From assembly GCF_030684315.1 (NCBI RefSeq), contig NC_081360.1:28503818-28567817 (forward strand): a DNA stretch of 64,000 nucleotides, given 5' to 3'. Source of the DNA: Stegostoma tigrinum. Lineage: Eukaryota. The position numbers and the translations under genes are program-made. The notes under the pieces are model-generated. The model had not been told where the DNA came from. It did not search any database and was given only the letters and a program-made list of their open reading frames with translations. Positions 12,435 through 26,585 of the stretch are shown piece after piece (positions within the stretch are counted from its first letter, which is position 1; every line of letters begins with the position of its first letter).

Positions 12435-15400
12435 AGACTGTAAGACAATAAGACTTAGCTGCAGAATTAGGCCATTTGGTCCAACATCTCATAGAGGAGC
12501 TACACTCTGGTTCAATAAATTTCCACTCATCCCAGTTTTACAGTATCGTTCTGAGGCTGTGCCCATGGGACCTAGTCTCTCCTACTAATGAAACACTTTT
12601 CCACATCCAATCTATCCAGGCCTCTCAGTATTCTAAAAGTTTCAATCACATCACTCCTGATTCCTCCTAAATTCCATCAAATACAGACCCAGAATCCTCA
12701 GTTGCTCCTCATATAACCAGCCTCTCATCCATGGGATCATCCTTGTAAACCTCCTCTGGACCCCCTCCAAGACCAGTACATCTTTTCTTGGATAGAAAGT
12801 TAAAAGCTGCTCACAATGTTCCAAATGCGGTCTGATAAGACCCTTTTACAACCTCAGCAGTTCTCCTCTGCTCTTGTATTCCAGCCCTCTAGAACTCAAT
12901 GCCAACATTGTATTCGCCTTCCTAACTGCCACGTGAAATTATGAATATTAACCTTAAGAGAATACCGAACTAGGACTCCCAAGTCCCTTTATGCCTCAGA
13001 TCTCTCAAGCCTTTACCATTTAGGAAATAGTCTACACTTATTCTTCCTACCAAAGTGTATAACCTCACACTTTCCAACACTGTATTCCATCTTCTGTTTC
13101 TTTGCCTGTTCTCCTTACCTGTCCGTGTCCTTCTACAGACTCCTGCTTCCTCAAAACTACTTGTTCCTCCACCTATCTTTGTGTCATTTGCTTTCATTTC
13201 TTACATCCAGATCAGTAACGTGTAACAAGTAGTTGTGATCCCAACACTGATCCCTACCGAACTCCACTAGCCATCAGCTGCCATCCTGAAAAAGTTGCTC
13301 TTATCCCGTGGTCTGTCATCTAGCAGTCACCCAATCCTCTTTCCTAGCTAGTACCTTGCCGTTAATATAGTGGGTTTATTTAGCAGCCTCCTGTATGGCA
13401 CCTTGTCAAAAGTCTTCTAGAAATTTATAGATCACATCTACTCTCTGTCCTTTGTCTAACTTGCTCATTACCTCCTCAAAGAATTCTAACATTTTTCAGG
13501 GATGACCTCCCCTTGTTGAAGCATTATTTTACCATGTGCTTCTAAGTGCTCCACAATCTTATCCTTAATAATAAACTGTAAAATCTTGCAAATGACTGAG
13601 GTCAAGTTAACAGACCTACAGTTTCATATTTTCTGTATCCCACCCTTCTTAAACGGGGATGTTACATTAGCCATTTTGCAATTCTCTGAGATTCCAGTGA
13701 TTCTTGAAAAATCGCTACCAATGCCTCTACAATCTCCTCAGCTATGTCCTTTGCAATTCTGGGATGTAGTCCATCTGGTGCAGGTGATTTACCCAACTTC
13801 AAACCTTTCATCTTCCGCAGCACCATCTCCTTAGTGATATCCACTAAATTCACTTCTGCCTCAGACTCTTTTGAAGTTCTGGTTTGCTGCTGGTGAAATC
13901 TGATACAAAGCATCTGTTCAGTTTCTGATTACTGCTTGGAGGCCTGTACATAACTCACATCAGGGTCGTTTTCCTTTGCGGTTCCTTGTTTCTACCCATG
14001 CGGATTTTATAACTTTCAACCCTTTATCACTTCTTGCTATCAATTTAATGTAATTTCTTACTAACAAGGCAATCCCACCCCCTCTGTCCATTTGGTAGAG
14101 CATGTATTCTTGGATATTTAGTTCCCAGTCCTGAACCCTTTGCAGCCATAGATCATAGAACATAGAACATAGAAAAGTACAGCACAATACAGGCCCTTCG
14201 GCCCACGATGTTGTGCCGCGGAATAATCCTAATCCAAAAATAAAATAACTTAACCTACATTCCCCTCAATTCACTGCTGTCCATGTGCATGTCCAGCAGT
14301 CGCTTAAATGTCACTAATGACTCAGCTTCCATGACTACCACTAGTAAACTATTCCATGCGTTCACAACTCCCTGGGTGAAGAACCTCCCTCTGACATCTC
14401 CTCTCTACCTTCCTCCTAACACCTTAAAACTATGACCCCTCGTGTCAGTCAATCCTGCCCTGGGGAAAGGTCTCTGGCTATCGATTCTATCCATGCCTCT
14501 CATTACCTTGTACACCTCAATCAGGTCACCTCTCTTCCTCCTTCTCTCCAGAGAGAAAAGTCCAAGCTCAGTCAACCCCTCCTTGTAAGACAAGCCCTCC
14601 AGTCCAGGCAGCATCCTGGTAAACCTCCTTTGCACCCTCTCCAAAGCCTCCACATCTTTCCTATAATAGGGCGACCAGAACTGGACACAATATTCCAAGT
14701 GTGGTCTCACCAGGGTTTTGTAGAGCTGCAGCATAACCTCGCGGCTCTTAAACCCGATCCCCCTGTTAATGAAAGCCAAAACACCATATACTTTCTTAAC
14801 AACCTTATCCACCTGGGTGGCAACTTTGAGGGAGCTATGCACTTGAACACCAAGATCCCGCTGTTCTTCCACACTGCCGAGAATCCTGCCTTTAATCCTA
14901 TATTCAGCATTTTTAAGTTCGACCTTCCAAAATGCATCACTTTGCATTTATCCAGGTTGAACTCCATCTGCCATTTCTCAGCTCAGCTCTGCATTCTGTC
15001 AATGTCTCGCTGAAGCCTGCAATAGCCCTCGATACTATCAACGGCACCCCCAACCTTTGTGTCATCAGCAAACATACTAACCCACCCCTCAACCTCCTCA
15101 TCCAAGTCATTTATAAAAACTACAAAGAGCAGAGGCCCAAGAACAGAGCCCTGTGGGACACGACTCAGCACTGACCTCCAGGCAGAATACTTACCATCTA
15201 CAAGCACTCTCTGCCTCTTGCCAGCCAACCAATTCTGAATCCAGACAGCCAAATCACCCTGTATCCCATACCTCCTGACTTTATGAATGAGCCTGCCGTG
15301 GGGAACCTTATCAAATGCTTTGCTGAAGTCCATTAACACCACATCCACTGTTCGACCCTCGTCAACCTGTCTCGTGACTTCCTCAAAGAACTCAATAAGA

Positions 15401-17900
15401 TTGGTAAGGCATGACCTGCCCCCCTCAAAGCCATGCTGACTCCCTTTAATCATGCTATGTTTTTCCAAATAGTCATAAATCCTATCCCTCAGAATTCTTT
15501 CAAAACCTTGCTGACCACAGACGTAAGACTGACTGGTCTGTAGTTTCCAGGGATTTCCCTATTCCCTTTCTTGAAAAGAACAACAACATTTGCCTCCCTC
15601 CAATCTTCCAGTACGACTCCTGTGGAGAGTGAGGAAGCAAAGATCTTGAGCAGCGGCTTAGCAACCTCCTTTCACGCTTCCCTGAGCAACCTAGGATAAA
15701 TCTGGTCTGGCCCTGGGGACTTATCAATCTTAATGTTTGCCAAAATTTCCAGCACAGCAACTTCCTCAATCTCGATCTGTTCAAGCCTGTTTCCCTGCTC
15801 CTCAAAGTTCTCATTCACAACAAGGTCCCTTTCCTTAGTGAAAACCGAGGCAAGAAACTCATTTAGGCCTTCGCATATCTGCTCAGACTCCACGCACAAG
15901 TTCCGTACACTATCCCTGATCGGCCTTACCTTCTCCCTGCTCATTCTCTTATTCTTCACGTATGAGTAAAATGCCTTCGGGTTCTCCCTAATCACTCCTG
16001 CCAAGCCTTTCTTGTCTCCCCCTCCTGGCCCCCCTCAGTCCACTTTTGAGCTCCTTCCGAGCAAGCCTGTCATCCTCTGAAGCTGTGCTATACCAATGCT
16101 TCCTCCACCTTACGTAAACTGCCTTTTTCTGTTTGACAAGAAGCACCTCTGTACCCGTCATCCAAGGCTCCTTAATCTTACCCCTTCTTACCTGTCTCAG
16201 AGGAACAAATTTATGCATCACTCGCAACAATTGCTCCTAAAACAGCCTCCACATGTCTGTTGTGCTCTTTCTGTGGAACAATTGCTCCCAATCTGTACTT
16301 CCCAACTCCTGTCTGATAGCGTCATAGTTTCCTTTTCCCCAGTTAAATATCTTCCCCTGGTAACTGCTCCTATCCCTTTTCATGGCTATGGTAAATGTGA
16401 GGCTGTTGTGGTCACTGTCGCCAAAGTGTTCTCCCACCACGAGATCTGACACCTGTCCTGGCTCATTGCCGAGTACCAAATCCAAAATGGCCTCCCCCCT
16501 CATTAGCCTGTCCGCATACTAAGTAAGGAAACCCTCCTGAGCACACCTGACAAAAACAGCTCCATCCAAACCATCTTCACTAAGGAGGTTCCAATCAATA
16601 TTGGGAAAGTTGAAGTCACCCATAACAACAAACCTGCTACGTTTGCACTTTTCAACAATCTGCTGGCCTATGAGTTCTTCGATCTCCCTACTGCTATTTG
16701 GGGGTCTGTAGAAAACCTCCAATGAGGTGACTGCTCCCTTGCTGTTCCTAACTTCCACCCATACTGACTCAGTCAACAAACCTTCCTCGGCAACCTCAGA
16801 CCATACCACCTCAATAGACGAGCCCTCATCAAAAGTTCTTGCAGCCACCGTTATACTGTCCTTGACCAACAAAGCCACACCCCTCCCTCTTTTACCACTT
16901 TCCCTGACCTTAATGAAAGATCTAAACCCTGGAACCTGCAACATCCATTCCCCTGACCCTGCTCTATCCATGTCTCCGAAATGGCCACAACATCGAAGTC
17001 CCAGGTACCTATCCAAGCTGCAATCTCACCTGCCTTATTCCGGATACTCCTGACGTTAAAGTTGACACACTTCAACCCAGCTTGCTGTCTGCCAGCACAC
17101 TCCTGTGACAGTGAGGTCTTGTCCATGTCCTCCCTATGCTAATCCTCCTGTGTGCTAGGACTACACCTCAGTTTCCCATCCCCCTTCTGAGCTAGTTTAA
17201 ATCCACCTGAATAGCACTAGCAAATTTCCCACCAAGGATATTAGTGCCCCTCTGGTTCAAGTGGAGAGTGTCCTGTTTGTAGAGGTCCCACCTTCCCCAG
17301 AATAGGCCACAATTGTCCATGTACCTGAAGCCCTCCCTCTTGCACCATCCCTGCAGCCATGTGTTCAGCTGATATCTCTCCCTGCTCTTTGCCTCGCTAT
17401 CACATGGCACGGGTAACAAACCAGAGATAACCACTCTATTTGTTCTAGGTCTCAACTTCCACCCTAGCTCCCTGAAATCCTGCCTAACATCCCTATCACT
17501 CTTTCTACCTCTGTCATTGATGCCTATGTGGACCACGACTTGGGGCTGGTTCACCCTCTCCCTTCAGGACCCCAAAGACACGATCCGAGACATCACGGAC
17601 CACGCCTCTGTGATACCCACAAAACTGTACCTGCCAGTTTCAATCTGCATTTCAGCTCATTTACCTTGTTTCTTTCACTGTGCACATTTAAATACAACAC
17701 CCTCAGTCCTGCATTGATCATTCCCTTTCTCATAACTATCCCTGTATCTGCTGTGCATATAGTTAGATTCCTGACTCCTTCCATAGTCTTTTTTCTATTA
17801 CTTGTTCTGAAAGCTTTGATAACCAGTGCTAGGGCCTCCCCACTTTTAGCTTTTTCTGAGTTTGCAGTCAACAAACTCACCTCCCACACCAACCCATCTT
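12435..17900 (-). mobile_element. Older, internally deleted CR1 (12435-14149 and ~17598-17900) hosting a younger CR1
   Basis: ORFs 12970-13197, 13662-13913 (KSPAPDGLHPRI), 13960-14187 (GGGIALLV), 17593-17892 (LRVLYLNVHS); host sequence joins across the insertion (GCAGCCA..CCACGCCTCTG). Confidence 0.8.
14150..17597 (-). mobile_element. Near full-length young CR1 LINE: ORF1 C-terminal SGNH esterase-like domain and frameshifted ORF2 (APE+RT)
   Basis: 17554-17192 VVVHIGIND..VVISGLLP..DTLHLN..G; 17126-16237 APE (FNVRSI, ISETW, YRPP, GDFN, SDH); 16004-14405 RT (DFSKAFDKV, PQGSVLGP, FADD); (TTCTATG)n tail ~14150-14173. Confidence 0.95.
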
Positions 17901-20289
17901 ACAATACTATCTCTTGGGCATTCTTCTGCAATTGCATCATGTCTGCTAAGCCATGTAGTTGGTTTATTACTTTACCTGGAAGACCTATTAACCTACTGAA
18001 TTTGTTTCACAGAGGAACTTGCTAATGCATCATTCTTTAAATCTCGTGAATTCCCTTCATGGAACTCTGCTACTTTATTGACTTTGTTTTTCTTTTTTGC
18101 ATTATTGTGGATTTATAGAGCAGCTAATTTCTTCATGACCATGTCCTGAATCTGTGAATGTTGGTCATCCTATCTCAATGTTGGTTTCCATCCAGTCCTA
18201 TGCAACCCAACATCAATCTACGTAAGTGAATCTTGAATCTCAATGTGTGGATACATTGGTATTGAAGTATGTAAATACTTTATATCACCTTGTAGATGAG
18301 GAGGAACATCTTTATTTTCCCCCTAGTGGTAAATCATTCACATTCACACCCTCAGTCATGCTACTTGAGGTTTTCCACTGACTTAGTTCTCTAACTGGCG
18401 CTGATGATTTTACCTTGGAAGTTGAAGAATTGAAATGTAACTCTTGGATTTCTGTCTGTGCCTCATCTGGCATCAAATTCACATCTGCTATTACAATTTT
18501 TAACCGGACCATGTCAATGCCTGAAAAGTTTTATTTAAGGATTGATTGATTGTGCTCAAGTGGATTGTACTGCACATTCATTTCATCTGCAGCTTTTTGC
18601 AAATGTTGCTTGTTTTTGTCATCAGAAATTTTTTTCTTGATGATGGAAATAGGAAATGTTTCTCGCAACACTGTCTCGGCACAGATTTTCTACCCTGTTG
18701 ACCGTCTGAAACAATTCTTTAATGCTAACATAACAATCACAATGGTTCTGTCTTTTTGGGTTCTGCCATGAGTTTGGGATGCCCAATAAAATCATCTTTG
18801 GGTTGCTCCCTTGATTGTTCAAAATTTGTTTATTTTTGGACTAGAAACTTTCTGACTGGCTTGTGTTTGGCCAGACTTTTTTTCTTCTGACCTGTTTATT
18901 GCCTGTTGCAAGTTTTACTGCTTCTCTGCTACTTTAAAAATGTTGAGTTTGAGATGTGTGCATGCTCCAGAATATCGATGATGTTTGCATTTCCCCCGTC
19001 ACGTGTTGTCTGTGTTGTAGTGTTACTTGTAGCATACCTGTTATCTTTGAGTCATTTTACCTGAAACATGCACTTTCATCTCTATAAGCTGCAACGTTTG
19101 TTTCTTCACTCAATAAATGATCTGATAAGTCAGATACGCTCCTGATTTACACCTATAAATATCAGTTTAAAATTATTGAGTTGCCCATTGATGGAAATGA
19201 GTTCGGCCAAGATCGAACCAGTTGGATCATCCATTTCCCTTAGGAAGTAACTTAACGCAAGTAGCTCTACTACTTTATCATCTTTGTGAAAATAGCCATT
19301 TAACTTGTGGCTGCTCTGTACCTGTGTCCTATTTCTACACATGTTCTGGAAGTGACCTACATCACTGATAATGACTGGACTACTTTCTTAGCACGTGTTT
19401 TTGAACTGAATGGAATGTGTTGCACTTGTACATTCTTCCAGTTTTCTGCATCCAGGACAATCAGTGTTCTGCAAAGACAGGTCATCTTTGGGCTGAAATA
19501 AATCTGACAAAGAGACATCACTGATTTCAAACAGTTCCGTCTCTTGGGAATTCTCTTTTTAGTCTCAGTTCTCCACTAACCTGTAGAAATCATTCATTAA
19601 ATTACCACATGATTCCCCTCGGTGCTGAATTGTTCTGATAAAGCTTGAGCATGCAAGAATTTTACTTTTTCTCAAATTAAATGTATTGTAAAAGCTTGAC
19701 AAATTTCTTGAGAATTATCTGTGCCACCTTTTTATGTTTTGGCCATTGTCAGCTTTATCAACTTGACTTAGTATCTATTCACACTCTGGTGAAAATGTTG
19801 TTGCAAGCTCTTAGTATTCCTTTAAAATTTCTAGCCTTCTCAGCCTATCCTGTGCTTTGAATTTAAAAATTTCCCCTTGCCAGTGGAATTTTGTACTTTG
19901 CTCATGGACTGTTTGCTTCCTATCTGAATTTCTGATTGGGATTGCCCTTCCAGATCCTTGCTGCCCACAAGATATGCAGTTGGCTTTTCACTAATAATTA
20001 CTTATGCACTTTTCTTTCCAGATCTGAATTAAAGGCTTTACCATTAAGTGTTACTTCACCGTTGCTGGTCTTTCCACAGTGTATCTGCCTGCTGTTTGAC
20101 TGTACAGGTGCTGCAGCTGCCAGTTTTCCATACAAATAGTTCTTAAATCTGCAAATGTTCAATGCATCTGTATCCACTGGAATTCAGTGCAATTCTCACC
20201 ATGATACCTTTGCGATATTAGGCAATGATCCCCACCACTATTACAATGTTATCTGTGTTGTGACGCTATTGGTTCAAGTAGCAAGTTCG

Positions 20290-20796
20290 AAAGGTGCAGA
20301 TATGTAGGATATTTGAGCAATTACTGTATTATGGGTTGTATGAGATAGAGTCTGGTGTTGGTGTGGATCACTTGTGGATGAAGTAAATGCTTACGGTGGT
20401 GTGTAGGGTGTCAGTCACGCAGTCTGCTTTGGCCTACATAGTGTCAAGCATCCTAAATGTTGAAGTCACACTCTTCCCAGGCCACTGAAGACTATTCCAT
20501 CACACTCCTGATTTGAGTCTTCAACAATGATAGGTTGGCTTTGGGAATTGCATTGTAAGTGTACTGACTTGGGCTGCATTTGGGTGGCACCACCATGATG
20601 GCAGCAATTAAAGATGGGCAGTGGCTGTTGCCTTATTAACAATGTGCACTTCCAGAAAGCGGAACTTGTCACAGAATTACCCACCTTTTGACCTTCTCTT
20701 ACAGGCACCATGGTTGCATGGCTAGTGCAATTCAATTTTTGGTTGATGATGACTCTCAATATGTTTACAGAGGCTGATTCAGAAATGGTCATATTC
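20290..20796 (-). mobile_element. Degraded LINE 3' fragment (non-CR1-tail family)
   Basis: ORF 20466-20798 (NILRV.I.QKLN.TSH) homologous to 36000-36300 and 43650-43900. Confidence 0.55.
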
Positions 20797-20960
20797 AAAA
20801 GGACACACTTTGTCAGAATTTTTCATCTGGCCCTCATCAGGACATCACAAGAATACGAACGTTAATTGGGACAACATCTATTACTGTATGAGAAGAGAGT
20901 GTTGATTGGTTGGCAAGTGGACTCCAGTAGAGGTGTTGCAATGGATAAGACACCACTTAA
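20797..20960 (-). mobile_element. Hammerhead-motif repeat of another family
   Basis: Reverse strand GTCCTGATGAGGGCCAGATGAAAAATTCTGACAAAG; related + copy at 22122-22172. Confidence 0.45.
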
Positions 20961-21728
20961 ATGATCTGCTGTTTTTGACTGTTAATTGGCATTAATTTCT
21001 TCAGTAGACTACAGTACCATAGCTGGGATATTTCTGTATGCTGTGCTCATTCCTTCAATTGTTGTGAAGGGAATCTAATTGTCTGAAGAATATTATTTGT
21101 GATGCTGAAACCTTTGGGAACTTTTCACAACAATGACTGCAAACACTTCACTCTTGCCTTTTATCAATGATAAATTGGGCTCCTTCATCATTAAGGCTTG
21201 GGAAGGTTTTGGATTAGCCACTAGCTGCTAGATATTTGATTGTCTACCTCCATCCATGATATGGCATGACTGCCTAGCCTTAATCTAACCTGTTGGCTGT
21301 AGGATTGCTTTGCTGTTTCCGTTGAAAAACTTTTCACGCTGTAGCTGCAAAGCATTATCTACTGGAGTGACAATTTTTGATAAATAAGATGCTACTGTCC
21401 CTCTAAGAAGACATTATATTTTGTACAGATTTGAACAACGTTGAGTATGAGTTTGTGCTGGTGATGTGCCAGGTGCATAGGCGTATGTGCCTGTGACTAA
21501 CTATTTGAATGGAACAGCCTTCAGTTGCTCTTATAAGGCAGAGTATGGACTATACCTAACCAACCCAACCTTGCAAAATGTCTGCTATAGGTGTTGTTCA
21601 ATGAATGACAGCATTTGCTGAACAACACTGAGTATGCCAATAAGTTACACTAGAAACCATTTAAGATATTGGTTGAGCTTTATGTGGCTCAATCATGCTT
21701 GGTAGAGATGATGTACATTCATATGTAT

Positions 21729-21901
21729 CAGAGATAATAGGAACTGCAGATGCTGGAGAATCCAAGATAATGAAGTGTGAAGCTGGATGAACACAGCAGG
21801 CCAACCTCCTTCAGAGGGGTCGAGGCCCGAAACGTCAGCTTTTGTGCTCCTGAGATGTTGCTTGGCCTGCTGTGTTCATCCAGCTTCACACTTTATTATC
21901 C
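21729..21901. mobile_element. PLE terminal-repeat hairpin insertion
   Basis: Inverted arms; TSD TACATTCATATG at 21714-21725 and 21902-21913. Confidence 0.85.
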
Positions 21902-22389
21902 TACATTCATATGCAAGAGCCTGTTCTCTGTAAATGAAAAGAATTTGGTCAAACCTTGCATCTTTTTTAAATTATTCAGAATTTTGAAGAGACTTAAGTT
22001 CACCATTCTTTTCTTTATAACAATGTCATGGCCAAGGAGAGTTTGCTTGCCAACCAACCGACACCCCTTCCTCCTGTAATATAACTTGTGATCATATGAA
22101 ATTGGCATTGTTGCATTTCATAATTGATGAGTATAAGACGAGAAGCTTTGACAACACGTCTGTCTTTCCAGAAGTATCCAAATTCTATCTATCAAGTAAC
22201 GTTGGGATGTTTATTTTGTGGTGACTTTTATTGTTGCAGTTTGGCCAAAAGGTGCAATGACTGTGGTAACTGAAGGATGGTAATGCAGAAGTGAATAGGA
22301 CATTGATGTTGCAGTTTCTGACATTGCACTTCGGTTACAATATGTTGACAAGAGCTAAGGCTTCTGCATCATTTATCTATATTGCCCCT

Positions 22390-22650
22390 TACCTGTCTGA
22401 GTCACAGTCATTCAACCCAGACGCATCCAACTTAACATGATGGAGTGGCAGACTGTTGGGTTAAATGACCTAGTAGCTCACTCTTTCCATGATGCTTTGA
22501 AATGTCTGCATATAAGAATCCAGCTCTCAAACTCTCAAGCTGGAACTCCTTGATTTTCAGACACTTGTGACAGATGTGGTTGCTGGAATGACACTGCTCT
22601 CCACAAGCCTCCCACATGCTGCAGATGTGGACCACTTCCTGCACCCACAT
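22390..22650 (-). mobile_element. CR1 ORF1 N-terminal zinc-finger remnant
   Basis: HICSMWE...HICHKCL (ORF 22432-22650). Confidence 0.55.
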
Positions 22651-25069
22651 CCATCTAAACTTGTTTTATATATTTCATGAATAGTTGAAACCAATAAAGC
22701 AAAGTAAAAGAAGCAACCCCTTGCTTCTCTGTGCAAAATTTCCACATTGTTACGAATTCTAAATGTTTTATGTTCTAAATGTTGACCCTAAACTCAGTTT
22801 GGTTCAGCTATTATCTCATCAGAGTGCCCCACTTTTCTTAACTTCCAGACCTGTTTTTGATCTACTCAGTTAACATTGTACCCAGTGCCTCAGAAATACC
22901 CAATTTAGCACTCCTCATCACAGTGGAAAATGTCAGTACTCAAAGCGGTTCACTTTCACTCAGCATCCAATGCTAATTTACCTCCGTTCTGTCAGTACAG
23001 AGCCAAATATCTACCACAGCATTGTGCCACATTTGAGTGGATTTATGCCGTGAATTCTTGGTCACTAGCAACTGAGTGGAGGGCACACAAAATCTGCTCA
23101 AATTGAACCTTCACAAAGAGAAGACATTGGTTAGTTTGTTGTCATTCTCAGGATGAATATATGGTGTGGTAACTTACATTAACCCACAATTTTCAAAAAG
23201 GGCTTCCAGCATGCTTAGAAAATAAGACCTATCATTTCTCCAGTTCATCATATTTTGAGCCATAATGTGCAAGTTCAACATTCCTCTGCTGATTTTTAAA
23301 AAGTTGTTCTTCTGTGGTGAGGGAGCAGTATCAAAGAATTGAATCACACTTTTATGGTTCAGTTGCACATAGATACATAAGAAACAGTTTTAAAAGTCAT
23401 AGGGAATGCTGTCCAGTTTGCATCCTTCAAAACATTCGCTGGTTAGCATGACAGAATTTAGAAGAAGAACAGCAGAGGTTATATAAAGCTGAGCAGTAAA
23501 ATGAAAATAAAAATCTCCTCAGCTGTAGAAGGATGATTGAGAAACGTTGAGTTGGGGTTTTCATCATTTAAGTGGGAAAGGGTTAAATATTAGCAAAAGG
23601 AGATCTAAGAGCTGCCTTGTAATTCGATTGAAGTTAAATAGATTCAGCTATTTGTGCCAAGGGTGGTTCATGGAAACTGCAATCACCAGAGCATTAATTA
23701 TGTAGGAACTAGAGTTTGTTTTCTATATTTGTGGTCTTCAATATATCTCTTTGAAGTGTGATCTTTTAGTAAAACACTTATCATATCTCAGGTGTGTTCA
23801 CTCTTTCTGAAACATTGCTAAGGTAATATTTTTTAAAAAGTTAAATTGTCAACAGCTCGTAATAAATAATGTTTTCCGAATAAAACTTATTTTGTGACAA
23901 TAGACATATGTGACTAATTTAAATAAATCCTTTGTGTGTCATTGCTGTACATATGGTAAAATTTTAATTCAAGCTGACTCTAAATTCAAACTCAATCAAT
24001 TCTCCCAGTTTGTTTTAAATCATTAAATTATAAAGAAGACAGATATAGCATATATACTATAATTGTAAGACAATAATCAATATGTAGATGAAATTCAACT
24101 TAGAGAAAGCAACACTGTGCAAAGAGATCCTTCCAAAGTATATGTTTGTTTTTGCATAGTTTAGAATTACACTCATACAAAAACATGATTTCAGTACTAC
24201 CTTCTTCCCACAAACATTTTTGTCATCTATACATCCTGCCCCGTACTGTTGCAGTGTAATCTTAGTGGTGAGCTTCAGGCTACATGTAAGCATCCAAAGT
24301 GGATTGAAGTGCATTTCTAAGGTGAATCTTTTGTTCAGTCAACAAACATCTTGCTATGGAATCAATCTGAATGTTCAGACCTTAGATGAAGTCATGTAGA
24401 AATTTCAAGTTCCAATTTTTCCAAAGCTTTGCATGTAACATTAGTCTTTACTGTGCACCAGAAAATGACATGCGTACGCAAATTGGAGGAACTCAACTTT
24501 CCCATGAGTGATTTGCTACTCGTATACATGGCCTCATTCCTGCATTAAAGTTGCGTTCCATATAGTCCCACTGAGTGCTCCAGCTTTTCGTGAAGTACTT
24601 CCTGAATGACATGCGTTCTTTAGGTTTGTTTCTAACACCCGCTTGAGCAAGTGATGTACACATTTAAGTTTAATCGAACCAATACATTTCTGTGTTAGGA
24701 AAGGGGAGACGAGGAAATAGGCTCATTTTTAGACTTGTTCTTGTGAACTTGTTGACCAGAAGCCTGGAGGCCTGTGTTTATGCATGTATTTTACAGCCCA
24801 TGATGTGAAGAGGTAGGGTTAGTAGTTTAGTGTGTGCCAGAGACTATAGGACAGAAGTGTTAAACAGGGTGAGGGGCATTGAGGTGTACAACACTGGAGG
24901 CTTGAGAAACAGATGACATGGAGTGCTTGAAGAGGTTGAAATGCTGAGCTCACTTTGATAATTTGATGAAAATAATTTGCTCTGCAACCTTTACAGTGAC
25001 AACAGGGGGGTAAACAAAGGAAAAAGTAATGATTCTGTAGGATTTGAATTGGCCTTGGAAGAATTTATA

Positions 25070-25950
25070 ATCATTACAGACCTGTTGCATCGGTAGGCAA
25101 ATAGTAGGGGATCGAGACAGGCTGGGAGACTGGAGTTGATGTGGGCTATGACCAGCCTTCCGAAGTACTACTTCATAAATAAGGTCAGAGTCACTCGGCA
25201 GTAGTTATTAACGCAAATTGCATGTGCTTTCTTAGATTTGGGGATGACAGTGGTCTTCTTGAAGCAGCTGGGGACTTCAGCTTGTAGGAAGGAGAGGTTG
25301 AAGATGTCGGCGAATACCTCCACCAGTTGGTTTACACAGGATCTAAGTGCTCAGCTCAAGGACTCTGTCCGGGCCCATCACTTTCCTTGGCTTGATTCCA
25401 GGGAAGATAGATCTGATGTCTGTAGTGGTGACAGTGGTCACGGGTGTGTCGGGGCTATTGGGGCAGGTGACACACCACTGACATTCTGCTCAAACTGAGC
25501 ATAGAAAGCATTGAGCGCATCAGGGAGAGATGTTTCTTTGTCCATTATTTGCTGTACTTAATTTCGTATCTCATAATACTGTTTAGGCCTTGCCACAGGC
25601 GGCAGACGTCTGTTTGCTTGGTTTGTACTGCGAACTTGGTCTGGTACTGCCTCTAGACATCCCTGATGGCTTTGTAGAGGTCCTGTCTGGGTTATACGAC
25701 TTCAATTCTGCATGCCTGGCCCTCAGTAGGGACTGGATTTCCTGGTTTGTCCAAGGTTTCCGGTTGGGGACCACCTGGATTCACTTCATTGATACATAGT
25801 TCTCCATGCATGTGCTCATGAAGTCCCTGACGGTAGTGGCATGCTTGTCCAGGTTTTCTGCTGACTAATTGAATACGGTCCAGTCGGATTCCAAGCAGTC
25901 CCAGAGACAGTCTTGTGCTGCTTCAGACTAGCATTTGACTTCCTTTTGTG
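25070..25950 (-). mobile_element. Rex1/Babar-like LINE fragment
   Basis: PNRKPWTNQEIQSLL.AR (25583-25774) and antisense VPSCFKKTTVIP. Confidence 0.75.
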
Positions 25951-26585
25951 AAGAGTTCAGACATGCATATGCAATCATGAATATCAATAACTTGTATATA
26001 GTGGCTAAAGCCCATTCAGCAGTAATGTTTCTGAAAACAATCATGCTGTGTTAGCTAATTGAATGCAGTGTGAATTGATAACTGCATGGGCAATTCATGC
26101 AAAGAATTTTCTTTGGACAATTGGAGAAAGTAGTCCTTGCCAACTATTCCACGAGCAAAATCCCAAATTTCTGTGATAATCTTCCTGTTGGAGAAGAACT
26201 ACAATAACTTCAATTTTGTTTTGTTTAATTCTTTGAATGGAAGGACACTGGTTTTTGTTAATGCTGAGTTATCAGAGAAACTGTGTAAAGCGCTGAGCCA
26301 AGGCATTAGACCATTTGAGTTGGAGCCCAATTCAATAGGCTTGGCATATTGTAACAGAGGATGGCGGGGAATGGAAAGGCTAGCATGATGTGACAACATG
26401 GTGCTTTTTTCCGTCATTGCAATCAAACCCAAAAGCTCTTCCTTCATGGTTTAGTGGAATTATTTATAAAATTTCAGATTTTGAACAACTGATAGAAGAA
26501 TCAGGGGACTTGTATTTTAAATATTCACAATATTCTTGAGCATTCTGAGGAACAGGACAACGTAAATTGAGTGCTGAGTAATTAA

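Noticed and set aside
14432-17053. Long + strand ORFs (193, 117, 108 aa; also 44866-45438)
   Set aside because: Antisense shadows of CR1 ORF2.
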